Positions 1 to 11,959 of a stretch of DNA of 64,000 nt are shown here, piece by piece. Numbering within the stretch: position 1 is the stretch's first letter; each line of letters starts with the position of its first letter. This DNA comes from Fistulifera solaris (lineage: Eukaryota). The position numbers and the translations under genes are program-made. The notes under the pieces are model-generated. The model saw only the letters and a list, made by a program, of their open reading frames with translations, did not search any database and was not told the origin of the DNA. Where the stretch lies: positions 1 through 64,000 of the forward strand of contig AP026179.1 of the NCBI GenBank assembly GCA_030295235.1. The letters are read 5' to 3'.

Positions 1-292
1 CCTAACTCCTAACTCCTAAACCCTAACCCTAACTCCCAAACCCTAACCCTAAACCCTAACTCCTAACTCCTAACTCCTAACTCCCTAACTCCTAACCCTA
101 ACTCCTAACTCCTAACTCCTAACTCCTAACTCTAACTCCTAACTCCTAACTCCTAACTCCTAACCCTAACTCCTAACCCTAACTCCTAACTCCTAACCCT
201 AACCCTAACCCTAACCCTAACCCTAACCCTAACCCTAACCCTAACCCTAACCCTAACCCTAACCCTAACCCTAACCCTAACCCTAACCCTAA
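1..292. repeat. Telomeric repeat tract (C-rich strand): mixed CTCCTAA/CCCTAA at 1-196, pure (CCCTAA)16 at 197-292
   Basis: Read directly at the window start; CCCTAA is the complement of canonical TTAGGG. Confidence 0.95.
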
Positions 293-357
293 CGGAAGTG
301 TGCAATAGTTGGAAGTGTGCAATAGTCGGAAGTGTGCAATAGTCGGAAGTGTGCAAT
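293..357. repeat. Telomere-adjacent 17-bp tandem repeat CGGAAGTGTGCAATAGT, about 3.8 copies
   Basis: Copies start at 293, 310 (T variant), 327 and 344. Confidence 0.9.
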
Positions 358-454
358 CTCACTTCTCAGTTCTCATATCTCACATCTCACTTCTCACATT
401 ACACTTTTCACATCTCACTTCTCACATCTCACTTCTCACTTCTCACTTCTCACA
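358..454. repeat. Degenerate 7-bp repeat (TCTCAC[T/A])n
   Basis: ctcacttctcagttctcatatctcacatctcacttctcacatt... read directly. Confidence 0.85.
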
Positions 455-3090
455 TTGCACTTGCACTAATTGCACAACTAGCACTTGCACTTTGCACTAC
501 TTGCACAACTTGCACTTCAACTACTTGCACTTGCACTTGAACAACGCACTTGCACTTGAAGAATGCACTTGCACTTGAACAGCGACTTGCACTTGAAGAA
601 TGTACTTGCACAACTTGCACTTGCACAACACACAACTTGCACATCGCGACTTGCACAACCTGCACAATGCACTTGCATTCTTGCACTTGCACAACCTGCA
701 CAATGCATTTGCACTTCTTGCAAAACGCGACTTGCACAACTTGCACTTGCACTTGAACTTGCACTTGAACAACACTTGTACTTGCACAACGACTTGCACA
801 ACTTGCACTTGCACAACTTGCACTTCAACTACTTGCACTTGCACTTGAACAACGACTTGCACTTGAAGAATGCACTTGCACAACTTGCACTTGCACTCCC
901 ACAACTTGCACATCGCGACTTGAAGAATGCACTTGCACAACTTGCACTTGCACTCCCACAACTTGCACAACGACTTGCACAACTTAAAGGATGCACTTGC
1001 ACAACTTGCACAACTTGCACTTGAACTACTTGCACTTGCACAACGCAGACTTGCACTTGCACAATGCACTTGCACAATGCACTTGCACAACTTGCACTTG
1101 CACTCGCGACAACGCGACTTGCACAACCTGCAAAATGCACTTGCACAACGACTTGCAAAACTTGTACTTGCACAACCCTGACAATGCACTTGCACTACTT
1201 GCACTTGCAGAACCTGCACAACGACTTGCACTTGCACAATGCACTTGCACAACTTGCACAACGACTTGCACAACTTGAAGAATGCACTTGCACAACTTGC
1301 ACTTGCACTACTTGCACTACTTGCACTTGCACAACTTGCACTTCAACTACTTGCACTTGCACTTGAACAACGACTTGCACTTGCACTTGCACAACACACA
1401 ACTTGCACATCGCGACTTGCACAACCTGCACAATGCACTTGCACTTGCACTTGCACAACCTGTACAATGCATTTGCACTTCTTGCAAAACGACTTGCACA
1501 ACTTGCACTTGCACTTGAACTTGCACTTGAACAACACTTGTACTTGCACAACGACTTGCACAACTTGCACTTGCACAACTTGCACTTTAACTACTTGCAC
1601 TTGCACTTGAACAACGACTTGCACTTGAAGAATGCACTTGCACAACTTGCACTTGCACTCCCACAACTTGCACATCGCGACTTGCACAACCTGCACAATG
1701 CACTTGCACTTGCACTTGCACAACCTGCACAATGCATTTGGCGCTTCTTGCAAAACGCGACTTGCACAACTTGCACTTGCACTTGAACTTGCTCTTGAAC
1801 AACACTTGCACTTGCACTTGAACAACGACTTGCACTTGCACTTACACTTGAACAACGACTTGCACTTGAAGAATGCACTTGCACAACTTGCACTTGCACT
1901 TGCACTTGCACTCCCACAACTTGCACAACGCACTTGCCTAACTTGCACTTGCACTTCACTTGCACAACTTGCACTTGCACAACTTAACTTGCACAATGCA
2001 CTTTCACAACTTGCACTTGCACTCGCGACGACGACTTGCACAACCTGCAAAATGCACTTGCACAACGCAGACTTGCAAAACTTGTACTTGCACAACCCTG
2101 ACAATGCACTTGCACTACTTGCACTTGCAGAACCTGCACAACTTGCACAACGACTTGCACAACTTGAAGAATGCACTTGCACTACTTGAAGAATGCACTT
2201 GCACTACTTGCACTTGCACAACTTGCACTTCAACTACTTGCACTTGCAGAACCTGCAAAATGCACTTGCACTTGCACAATTTGCCCATAACTTGCACAAC
2301 CTGCACAATGCACTTGCACTTGCACTCGCGACAACTTGCACTTGCACAACATGCACAACGACTTGCACAACTTGCACTTGCACTTGCACTACTTGCACAA
2401 CTTGCACTTGCACAACTTGCACTTCAACTACTTGCACTTGCACTTGAACAATGCTCTTGCACTTGAACAACGACTTGCACTTGAACAACACACTTGCATT
2501 TGAAGAATGCACTTGCACAACTTGCACATCGCGACTTGCACAACCTGCACAATGCACTTGCACTTGCACTTGCACAACCTGCACAATGCATTTGCACTTC
2601 TTGCAAAACGACTTGCACAACTTGCACTTGCACAACATGCACAACGACTTGCACAACTTGCACTTGAACAACACTTGCACTTGCACAACGCGACTTGCAC
2701 AACTTGCACAACGCGACTTGCACAACTTGCACTTAAACTACTTGCACTTGCACTTGAACAACGACTTGCACTTGCACTTGAAGAACGACTTGCACTTGAA
2801 CAATGCTCTTGCACTTGCACAACTTGGACTTGTTTTGCACAACGACTTGCACAACTTGCACTTGCACAATGCACTTGCACATTGCACTTGCACAACCTGC
2901 ACAATGCACTTGCACTTGCACTTGCACAACCTGCACAATGCATTTGCACTTCTTGCAAAACGACTTGCACAACTTGCACTTGAACTACTTGCACTTGCAC
3001 TTGAACAATGCACTTGCTTTTGCACTTGCACTTGAACAACGACTTGCACTTGAACAACGCGACTTGCACTTGCACAACTTGCACTAGCAC
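455..3090. repeat. Subtelomeric complex satellite built from ACTTGC / ACAACTTGC / ACAATGC modules with recurring higher-order blocks
   Basis: About 2.6 kb of (ACTTGC)-based units. The block AACCTG(C/T)ACAATGCATTTG(C/G)..CTTCTTGCAAAACG recurs near 692, 1457, 1722, 2577 and 2929. Confidence 0.95.
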
Positions 3091-3105
3091 CGGGTTGTTA
3101 TAGCT

Positions 3106-3679
3106 ATGTCTCTGGCCCCCAAATCAAGTATGAATTCACCAACCACATACGCCTCCCTTGCCTGCAAGATTTCTGGAAGACCAAGACCCCAGTATCGCAG
3201 CTATGCAACAACAACAAAAGCAAAGGGCAGAGTCAAGTTGTACAGTCCAAGTACAGGGAACCAGAAATCCTTTCGTGATGCATTCAGACAAGCATTGAAT
3301 CATGCACCAAAGGGACTCTTCCCGATGCAATGGCAATCCATGCTCAATCACCGTGAAAGTTCTACTTTCCAAGACCCAAGACCCATTTCTTTCTTGGTCC
3401 AGCATCACAAGAATGGCTGTTGAAACCAACAGCTCCCAAATTTGTCACAAATGCTCCTGACATCGACAACTGCTGAAACTGGTTTTGGATGCCTTGCAGG
3501 GGATTGCATACAAGAATGACTCATGCATTGTAAACATTGCAACAACAAAGCTATATGACCACACACAGACAACTTATAGGGATGGTGTCAACTATGATGG
3601 CACAACTCTTATTAAGGTTGTGGAAATTGACCCAAACGTGAAGGATTGTGACTGCAAATGTTTTCATTGTGCCAAGTAG
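3106..3679 (+). CDS. rusA: RusA-family endodeoxyribonuclease (Holliday junction resolvase-like), interrupted by about 3 frameshifts (assembly error or pseudogene)
   Basis: Joining frames (shifts near 3322, 3357, 3473) gives ISGRPRPQYRSYA...LYSPS...KSFRDAFRQA...NGNPCSITVKFYFPRPKTHF...PKFVTNAPDIDNC(L)KLVLDALQGIAYKNDSCIVNIATTKLYD. This matches the RusA signature PDxDNxxKxxxDALxGxxxxDDxxI...KxY. Confidence 0.75.
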
Positions 3680-3776
3680 ATAAGAGAGGTAATAAAACAA
3701 CAGTTTTACAATGTTTTCATTGTGGCAAGTAGATAAGAGAGGTACTAACACAACAGTTTCACAAAAAATTTTCATG
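3657..3776. repeat. 53-bp tandem duplication overlapping the RusA-like stop codon
   Basis: TTTTCATTGTG(C/G)CAAGTAGATAAGAGAGGTA.TAA.ACAACAGTTT.ACAA starts at 3661 and again at 3714. Confidence 0.8.
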
Positions 3777-4478
3777 ACGCAATCCGAGCAAAAATCACGA
3801 AGCAAGAGGGTCCAAATGTGCAAATGTATTTTTACAGGAGCAAAACATTGATAGATACAACAGTTTTTGCAAGTGCTCATTGTTCCTCATTCCTCTAAAT
3901 TCCCTATCCCCTCTTGCCTCCCTTTCCTTCTTATTCTTCCCCTTATTCCCCCTTTTTTCCTAGCTTCACTTCTTCCTCAATTCCTCCTTCTTTGATAATG
4001 CTACCACTACTCAAATTCCTACTTCCTACTTCTAAGTTACCGCTTTCTCTAATTCCTCCTTCCTACTTCTACGCTTTCCTTGTTCCAAGTTCCATGTTCC
4101 ATATCCCAATTCACAAATTCCTAACCCTAAAGAAATGTACCAAGCAGAGGTGGGTTCCCGTGTCTCCCAAAGAGATAGCATCCGGTATCAAAAACCCTAA
4201 AAAAGATCCGACTGAAATCGTACCGTTACTTCCGTCATTGTCGACGCAATATTTTAACGCCGTGCTTAAAGCAACAATTTCTTGGTTAAACGTCACGGTC
4301 AACCGGTTCTTGACTGTCGCTTAAAAAGTTAAAAACACGGGCGAGGTCAACGCCACGCGGAGTTTGCACTTTGCACCGCCTCGAAATTGCCTCGAAACAC
4401 ATTTCTATTATTCGCATCCATTCATCTGCAATAGCAATTATACGCGGTTTATACGACTAAATCAAGCAAACCAAGACC

Positions 4479-5223
4479 ATGGATCTCGCAGTTCGATTCT
4501 TAGCCCTCAGTTCCTGCTACGCCAACGGTAACTGGGAGAGATGCACTCAGTCTTCGCCTTCGGTTCCCACTCCTATCGCGGCGCCCATTGTGAGCCCTGT
4601 TGCTTCTCCAGTGCGAGCTCCGCATACTCCTACAGTGCACCCTCCTTCGTCTCCGGCTCATCCTGCAGCACCACATTTTGCTCCATCAAATCCAGCGGCG
4701 CCTGTGCATACTCCTACCTTGCATACGCCTTCGTCTCCGCTTCATCCGTCGGCTCCTCACTTTGCCCCTTCGAATCCGGGCGCACCGGCGCATCTTCCCA
4801 CTGTATTCAATCCTGCGACCCCATCTGCTCCCGTGCATCCTCCAAGTCACCCGGCCGCGCCGCACAATGCGCTCTTCGAATCCGGCCGCCCCCGTGCATA
4901 CGCCTGTCGCTCGCCCCGTTGTGGCAGCTCCGTCGCCCGTGTGGACGTATCCGGTTGCGTCTCCCAATCATCCAAGCTTTAGTGTTCCCAACATTGAACG
5001 AGAATTCGAAAAGGAACTCGAAGAAGACAGTCTTGCGGCCGGTGCTGTTTTTGGTATTGTAATCGGTGTTCTTTTGACGTCTTGCATCTTCATTACGGTA
5101 ATTTGTATGATGCGCAAGAGAGGAGGGTCGTCAAGTCCCAGCCCGCAACGGTCGTCACGAACGAAATTCATTCTGCGACCGATTCGGAAGCGGGAGATGC
5201 CGCTTTTATTTAAGGACATTTGA
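4479..5223 (+). CDS. Pro/His-rich repeat single-pass membrane protein (mucin/extensin-like), one frameshift near 4873
   Basis: HPAAPHFAPSNPAAPVHTP-type repeats continue in the 4600 frame (SNPAAPVHTPVA) into a TM segment GAVFGIVIGVLLTSCIFITVICMM followed by a basic tail RKR. Confidence 0.65.
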
Positions 5224-5528
5224 GCTGCACAATCGAGAAGGAGGTGATTAAATTTATCCCTCCGATAAAAATATATATTGAAAAGGAGTGCATTAGTTGG
5301 ATTCTGATGCGAGAGTGGCGATGCATTTTGTAGGACTATTAATGTAGCCTATAAAGACCAAAACGCGAGCTTTTCAATGTTTGTGCTTTGAAAGTAGTCT
5401 CGAGTTCACGGATAAATGTGCGAATTGCTGTGTGGTTGACACTTTTAATGGTAAGGAGAACACAAGCCGATATCTTAAACAACAACATGCTACGTATCGT
5501 TTAGCATGCTCACAATCCCTAACTGTAG

Positions 5529-6702
5529 TTAACACTTTTCTAAGAGCACTGCAATGCCCTGTCCACCTCCAATACAGGCAGCACCGATGTAGTACTTGTC
5601 AGTTCCACTCCATGTGTTGACTAAATGCGCCATGATTCTGCTACCCGAAGCACCCAATGGATGTCCCAGACTGATTGCTCCTCCATGAATGTTGAACTTG
5701 TCCATGTCTAGATCAAGCTCTTTAGCGCAAGCCAACACCTGGGCCGCAAAGGCCTCATTGATTTCAACTCGATCCATATCACCCAGAGTCAAGCCCGCCT
5801 TTCCCAACGCCTGCTGAATCGCCGTCACGGGTCCGATTCCCATAATCGTCGGCTCACATCCAGTGACGCCGTAGCTCACAATGCGAGCGATAGGTGTCAA
5901 GTTGTGTTGCTTGACGGCTTGTTCGCTGGCAACAATGACACTTCCAGCCCCGTCACAAATTCCAGAAGCATTCGCCGCCGACACGACACCATCCTTCTGA
6001 AAGACGGAAGGCAACTTGCTGATTTTCTCAAAGTTGAATCCGGTCGAGGGTGCTCGTCCGTGTCGACAAAAGCTTCCTTTTTCTTGTTCTTGACCGACAC
6101 GGGTGCCATTTCTGCCTTAAAGACACCGTTGTCGCTTGCTTTCTTCCATAGCTGCTGCGAGCGAATCGCGTACTCGTCACATTCCGCTCTCGTGATCTCA
6201 TATTTTTTACCAGGTTCTCTGCAGTCACACCCATCGGTGTGCCCGCATGAGCATCCGTCAATCCATTCCATAGGGAGTCGGTCAAAGAAATGCCTTGACC
6301 CAACGATGTCCCCCAACGAACCGTTCCAGAAGCATTCAAAGGCGCCAGACTCATACTTTCGACTCCGCCCGCTAAACTGACGTGACTTTCGCCAAGCTGG
6401 ATGCTTTTGTAAGACTGCACGACGGATTCAAAGCCACTGCCGCACAAGCGGTTGAGCGTCAAAGCGGGTGTCGCAATCGGAATGCCGCTTTTCAAGCCTA
6501 TGTGACGACTCAAATAAGCCGCATCGTCTCCTGTTTGAATAACGTTTCCAAAATAAATCGAATCAACGATAGTAGGATCGATGTTTTGCAAAGCAGCTTG
6601 CGTCGCGACGACGCCCAACTGCACGGCGGACGTTTGTTTGAAGCTTCCTCCGAAGGCACCGAACGGAGTGCGCTTTGCGGCAACCACGAAGATCCCCGAC
6701 AT
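5529..6702 (-). CDS. Acetyl-CoA acyltransferase (3-ketoacyl-CoA thiolase), two frameshifts (~6205, ~6028)
   Basis: Thiolase motifs KRTPFG, NRLCGSG (catalytic Cys), EINEAFA, GGAISLGHPLGASG and CIGGGQG are spread over three overlapping ORFs; ATG at 6702. Confidence 0.92.
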
Positions 6703-7335
6703 ATTATGTTGAGCTGGAAGAGACAAAGGAGATGGAAAGGTCTTGTTAAATGCTTAACGACGACGTGAAGGATGCTCCTCGATGAAAGCGAAGAAAAAAG
6801 TGCTCCTTTGGTGTTCTTCATAAAAACGAATGCGCAGGATACGAAAAGAGGTGTCAAAAAAGTGGTTGATGTTGGAACGGGACTCGTGACGATGCTCTTT
6901 CATTCATCGTACCGGTACTTACATCATGACAACGTCGTGCATCCTCGTGAAAAAGAGACAAAGGAAAAAGAATGTTGTGAGCACTACACAGCACCGACCT
7001 GCATTACCTACAATGATGTTTTGCAGATTAAGTGATAATTATGAGAAGAGATTACGTTTAGAAACTTTTCGAAAGGAAACAGACCAAGATGATATGTGAC
7101 GGAATCAATCTTGGGTGAATGCTCTAATCCAATAGGAACGCTGAGATCCGTAGGGATGTTGAAGGAAATCGGCTGGGAAAGCTGATTAACTTCCTTAATC
7201 AATAAGGATTGATGTAGGTCAAGCAGAATGAATCCGATTGGAGTTCACGAACTGTGTTCCGAAAAGGATGAAAGGAAACCATTCGTCACCTAGTAAGGTT
7301 CAGGTTTATCCTCGGCATTGCACGACCAGTAAAAG

Positions 7336-7425
7336 CCGGGAAACGGCGTTAAAATTCTGCCCTCCCTGTCATGGGCGCTACGTCGAATCTTGTACTGGGA
7401 GGCAGAATTTTAACGTCCTTCCCGG
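7336..7425. repeat. ~90-bp imperfect palindromic (hairpin) element, copy 1 (MITE-like)
   Basis: Arm CCGGGAAACGGCGTTAAAATTCTGCCCTCCC pairs with GGGAGGCAGAATTTTAACGTCCTTCCCGG; a related copy lies at 61854-61930. Confidence 0.75.
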
Positions 7426-8569
7426 GTGTTAAAAGGTTGGTACTAGATAGTATAGCCAGCGGCGGAGTCCCTTGACATTCCAGATAACTAGTTGTAGATA
7501 GTATGCGGCTAGTTGTAGATAATAGCGCAAATAGGAAAAGAATAAAGTGAATGTTGAAGTGAGAAGATGATCTTTCTGCAGCCCGCAGCCCGCACTATCG
7601 TAGTTGCATTAGAAATCGTTTAATGAATTATTCACTTGTATCCTACGACGTTTTAGGCCTCAACGTTAGATGTCGTGTCAAAAGTCACGGTCTCCCACAA
7701 GGGTACAGAACAGTATGCCTACTTTTATCGAATGTCGCGTTTCGCGCACCCGTATATTCGACATCTCGTGTCGTGCACGCGAGGTCGCGAGGTAAACAAT
7801 ACTACGGCCTACACTTTCTACAAAGTATTGACCTACGTAAAAACAGAAACTAATTTTCAGTACTTTCGAAAATCACTGTATTGCGGATTGCGGATGGCGG
7901 CGATCTGTGAGCGGAGATATCATGTAGGGACGTAGGGCCTGATTAATATTAGCTCACAGCTCAGAGCTCAGAGCGACGAATGTAACGAACACGGTTCACG
8001 ATTCCCACTTGTTCCTACGTCTGTTCTGAATCAAATCAAGACTAAAGGCCCAAAGTCAATTGCCTTCTTTAGTAAAGTCTCAACGAAAAATGGCGCCATA
8101 GTTTAACTATCTTAAATACAATCCTAATTGCACTCAGCTGAATGGTGTTCTAGTCTTGGACCGTTCTTAATGTTACATTGGGTGATTCCTTTTACCAACG
8201 GCGATCTTTTAGCTCCTCGAAGCGTGACGGTGACGACTGACGATAGTTGTAAATCATCAACAATCCGTGACACAATAAAGTATACTTTAGACGGTACGCG
8301 CGATATTCTGATTCGGTCTTTGGCCTTCGGAAATGCGGTATTGATCCGCGCGTGGGCGCAATTTGTGTGGCCTTGATTGTTCGGCTCAGCGACCAGCGAG
8401 ACATCCTCTGTCTTTCGTTCTCGAATAACCACCTCGCCGACGAGAGCTTCAAATGTAGAGACCTCCAGGACCGTTTATCGGAGTTTTCATCGTTTTTGTC
8501 ATCATTATTGAGCCTCTTCAATAGCTGTGCCGCGAGACAATCATTATTTTCTCTTTTTTACTCTACATC

Positions 8570-9238
8570 ATGGATCGCAATCGACAAGCAATGAGCGCCA
8601 ACACGCCGGCTATGATTGAAGAATCGAATGAAATTTACTACAGGGAACTCGCGCACAATGCGCTCCTTCGGTATCAAAATCAACTCGAGAGGCAGCGCTT
8701 GCAGTGCCAAGAAAAGCATCGACTTTCTATCGTAAGTCAGTCTTCATCGTTGATTCCAGATAAAGCGATGAAAGAAGATGAAGACGAAGACGACTCTCTC
8801 GATTGCTTCGATGAGCAAGACAACTCTCCTGATGCCATCCGTCCTCTCAAGTCTGACGTCCTCTTTGGGCGTCGCCGATCGTACCGATTGCATCCAGGAA
8901 ATGTTCATTTACGATGCCTCTGCGATGATCACCTGAGTCTCTTCGAGTCGCTCGCCAAGGGCGGCAAAAACGAACTCACCAAGGTCATTCTTGATCGCAT
9001 CCTTCGTGAAGGAGGCCGGTTCATCAAGTACGACTCGAAGTCGAAGCGCTGGCTCAATGTAACAACGGAAGAAGCCCGCGTGAAAATCGCCCATCGCTTT
9101 CGCGACGCGCGCACCAGCCGTGATGTGGCTAAGAAGCCAAAGAAAGAGAATTTGAAGGCCATGGGGAGCAAAAGATCGCACTCCCTTCGTATCATGTTTC
9201 GAACGTGCCGAGATTCTCTCATCCGCCGCATGCCCTAG
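8570..9238 (+). CDS. DUF6824-domain protein (diatom-expanded family)
   Basis: DVLFGR...HPGN..LR...K..L...I...I...GGRFIK...W..V....AR.KIAHRFRD pattern. Confidence 0.8.
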   Translation: MDRNRQAMSANTPAMIEESNEIYYRELAHNALLRYQNQLERQRLQCQEKHRLSIVSQSSSLIPDKAMKEDEDEDDSLDCFDEQDNSPDAIRPLKSDVLFGRRRSYRLHPGNVHLRCLCDDHLSLFESLAKGGKNELTKVILDRILREGGRFIKYDSKSKRWLNVTTEEARVKIAHRFRDARTSRDVAKKPKKENLKAMGSKRSHSLRIMFRTCRDSLIRRMP

Positions 9239-10625
9239 AGGCTTTGCAAACATTGATGTACAGAAGGTAACAATGAATATACTTTATTATCGAAATCAAG
9301 TAATTTCATGTTTTAAAAAGGCTAGATAACATTGCTGCACTACCTCCTCACTCCTATACTAGGTACGACGACTAAATAGAGGCTTGGGTGTGACTATAGA
9401 GCGAGCTTAAGCTAACCACTTTAACTCACTTATGCGGTAAACCTTTTTGAATTCTTGATGCTGGATGCTGGTTAACCTAGTTCGCTAAAAAGATGAATAA
9501 TGGTGGGTTGATGGTGTCTTTTGTAACAAGTACCGTTACCGGTACGGTACCTGGTATCTCGCCCGTAAAAGGCTGGCTGTGGGCTGTGGTTGTGGGTTAC
9601 CGTCCAAGGTCCAAGCGTCGAAAACTAAGACCTGTCCGCTCATTACTCTAACGTAAAAAGTGAATCGATGACACCATTCGTCCGGAAGTTTGTCCAATCA
9701 GAATTACAGAATTATGGGGCTCAGAACTCGCGTCAGTTTACAAAGTAGTGTCAAACCATCTCGCGCATGATGAGTCATGAGGATTCAGTCACGAGAGAGC
9801 AACGGTGAACACATATCCGAATGTGTTTTATAATACGTTGTAATGGCTGTTGCGCTGTTCTAATTAATGAAAATTTGTAGTGGAGATATAACGAAACTAT
9901 GAATTCCAACGCTTACCATGCTCTTCGCAAAAGTTAACGTAGAGAACCCTTTTCAAAACATTTTCATTTGTTTTTCTAAGTACAAAAATGTACTGACATT
10001 CAGTCATGAATCACGATCATTTTGACCAAAGAGTAACCTAATCTCCGTTCAATCTGGAACCTTTATAAACTACATTTTCAGTAATTACAATTCAGCTACC
10101 AACCAACAGTTATTTTATTTTATCTTGCAAGATTTTACGTCGATAATTTTCTCGGATTGTTTTCTTGTGCAAGTAGAACCAAAGACCCAAGTGTAGGCGA
10201 CCTTGTTTCGGGATTTTGACTCAAGTCAAAGGTGACCTAACCATTCATTTGTTTTCCCAGCTTCAAAGGATCATCTTTTTTCTTCGCACTATCACTCATC
10301 ATAACATCATTATTTGTATGCACTCTGCAAGACTAAGTTGTTTTTCCCGCAACTGAACTTTAGTATGAAGCATACGTTGACCGTTGAACACGTTTCTTGT
10401 GACTAACTCAACGGACAAGATCGCACATTGTCAGACTTCTCAGTTCTCAGCTACACGTTTTCAAGAGGAGTCGAGGAGGTCGTCGGAGGTCGGAGTCAGT
10501 CGTTTCGTTTGTTACTACTGTATGTTTTCACGTCACCACCAGCATTTCGTTCGCGAAAAAACTTAGTGCATTCTCAAAACTCTAGGACTTTGCACAATCC
10601 TATATGAACATCAGCAACAATAAAG

Positions 10626-11959
10626 ATGCCAAATCCATTCTCGAAAGCCCTATCAAATCCTTTTTCGCAGAACAAAATACCAACCGAACCCCCGAAAAAG
10701 TACGTGAAAGTCAATGGCGTCATGAAATTGAACCCCGAATACAAAAAGTGGAAGGAAGCGCAAGACGGGGAAAGCCCGCCACGACGGTATCGAATCCTTC
10801 GCAAGCACTTCCGGTCGTCACCAATATGGAAGACCACGAGGCTTTGAACGATGCTTCGCTCGCGGCCGGAGGCACCGAAATTCCGCTTTCGGAATCCTCC
10901 AACGAGACCATCCTCATGATGCAAGAGCCAGAAATATCCGTCGAAGCCGGCATGCAGCCCGATACAATGGTTGATGAACTCGGTAGTATTCTCAACAAGT
11001 ACGAAGTTCCGATGGGTCTGATGAACAAACTTATGATGTTGAGCGAGTTTGATGAATTGGAGTTTATGATTGATGATAGCGGCTCGATGCGATGCAGTAC
11101 CGATTCGAAAGATAGCCGTGGGCAAATTCAAACACGCTGGCAAGAGGCGCAGACGCGTCTCAAGGAAATGATGGAGATTTTGGGTTACTTGCCCTTTCAG
11201 GAAATATCTATTTGCTTTTTGAATCGTCCGCTTCGCATTTCGTTGAAGCGGAACGGTCGTGATCCTCGGTCCTTTTTATCGGACGCCTATCAACAGATCG
11301 ATCAAGCCTTCCAAAACGGACCGAGTGGTACGACACCGTTTTTTGAGCGCTTACAAGAATCGTTTGCTCGAAGCAATGGCCGCAGTGTGTCCCGTTATTT
11401 TTTCGGTGACGGCACCCCGAACGGCGGCATTCAAGCCACAAAAGGCATTACCAACTTGCTCAAGAACCGTCGAGATCCCGCGCAGAACCCCATGACGTTT
11501 TTGAGCTGTACGAATGAGGACGATCAAGTGGAATGGATGAAAGGGGCCGAAGAGGTAGCTCCCTATTGCTCCGAGTGTGATGACTTTGCCGACGAAGCGG
11601 CCGAAGTGTTGTTGGATCAAGGTGAAGCATTGCCCTACACCAAAGGGTTCTATCTCGTGTGTGCATTAGTTGCAGCTATGAATCCGGAAGACTTGGATGC
11701 CATGGACGAGAGTGTGCCTTTCACCAAACCGACGTTGGACAATTTGTTAGGCATTGCAAACAGCGAAGAGAATTACAAGCACTATTTTGATTGTTTCTTG
11801 AAAGCCCAGCAGGCCCGTCCTGTTGTGAGCAAAGCAGATGAAGTCAAGAAGCACCAGAAGTGGAGGTTGCACTATGCCGAATTTGTGCGGGCGCCCGTGG
11901 CGAATCAACTTCCGGCGGTTCAAGCCTTCAAACAGCAATTGTTGCAGCTGGGTCAATGA
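10626..11959 (+). CDS. vWA-domain protein; the true N-terminus is probably the 10626 frame, joined at a G-run near 10770
   Basis: MIDAS-like FMIDDSGSM, GTTP and FFGDGTP. The N-terminal frame MPNPFSK...KKYVKVNGVMKLNPEYKKWKEAQDG joins GKPATTV with one extra G. Confidence 0.75.

Noticed and set aside
309..3090. Dozens of overlapping ORFs (CTCTT, LHLHN, LALAQ, VQVQV, CKCK repeats)
   Set aside because: They are by-products of a stop-poor satellite, open in all six frames, with 7-nt units that shift frame; there is no sign of a real protein.
292..4235. 8-bp inverted repeat ACGGAAGT...ACTTCCGT bracketing the subtelomeric block as possible TIRs
   Set aside because: Too short to distinguish from chance, and no TSD is assessable.
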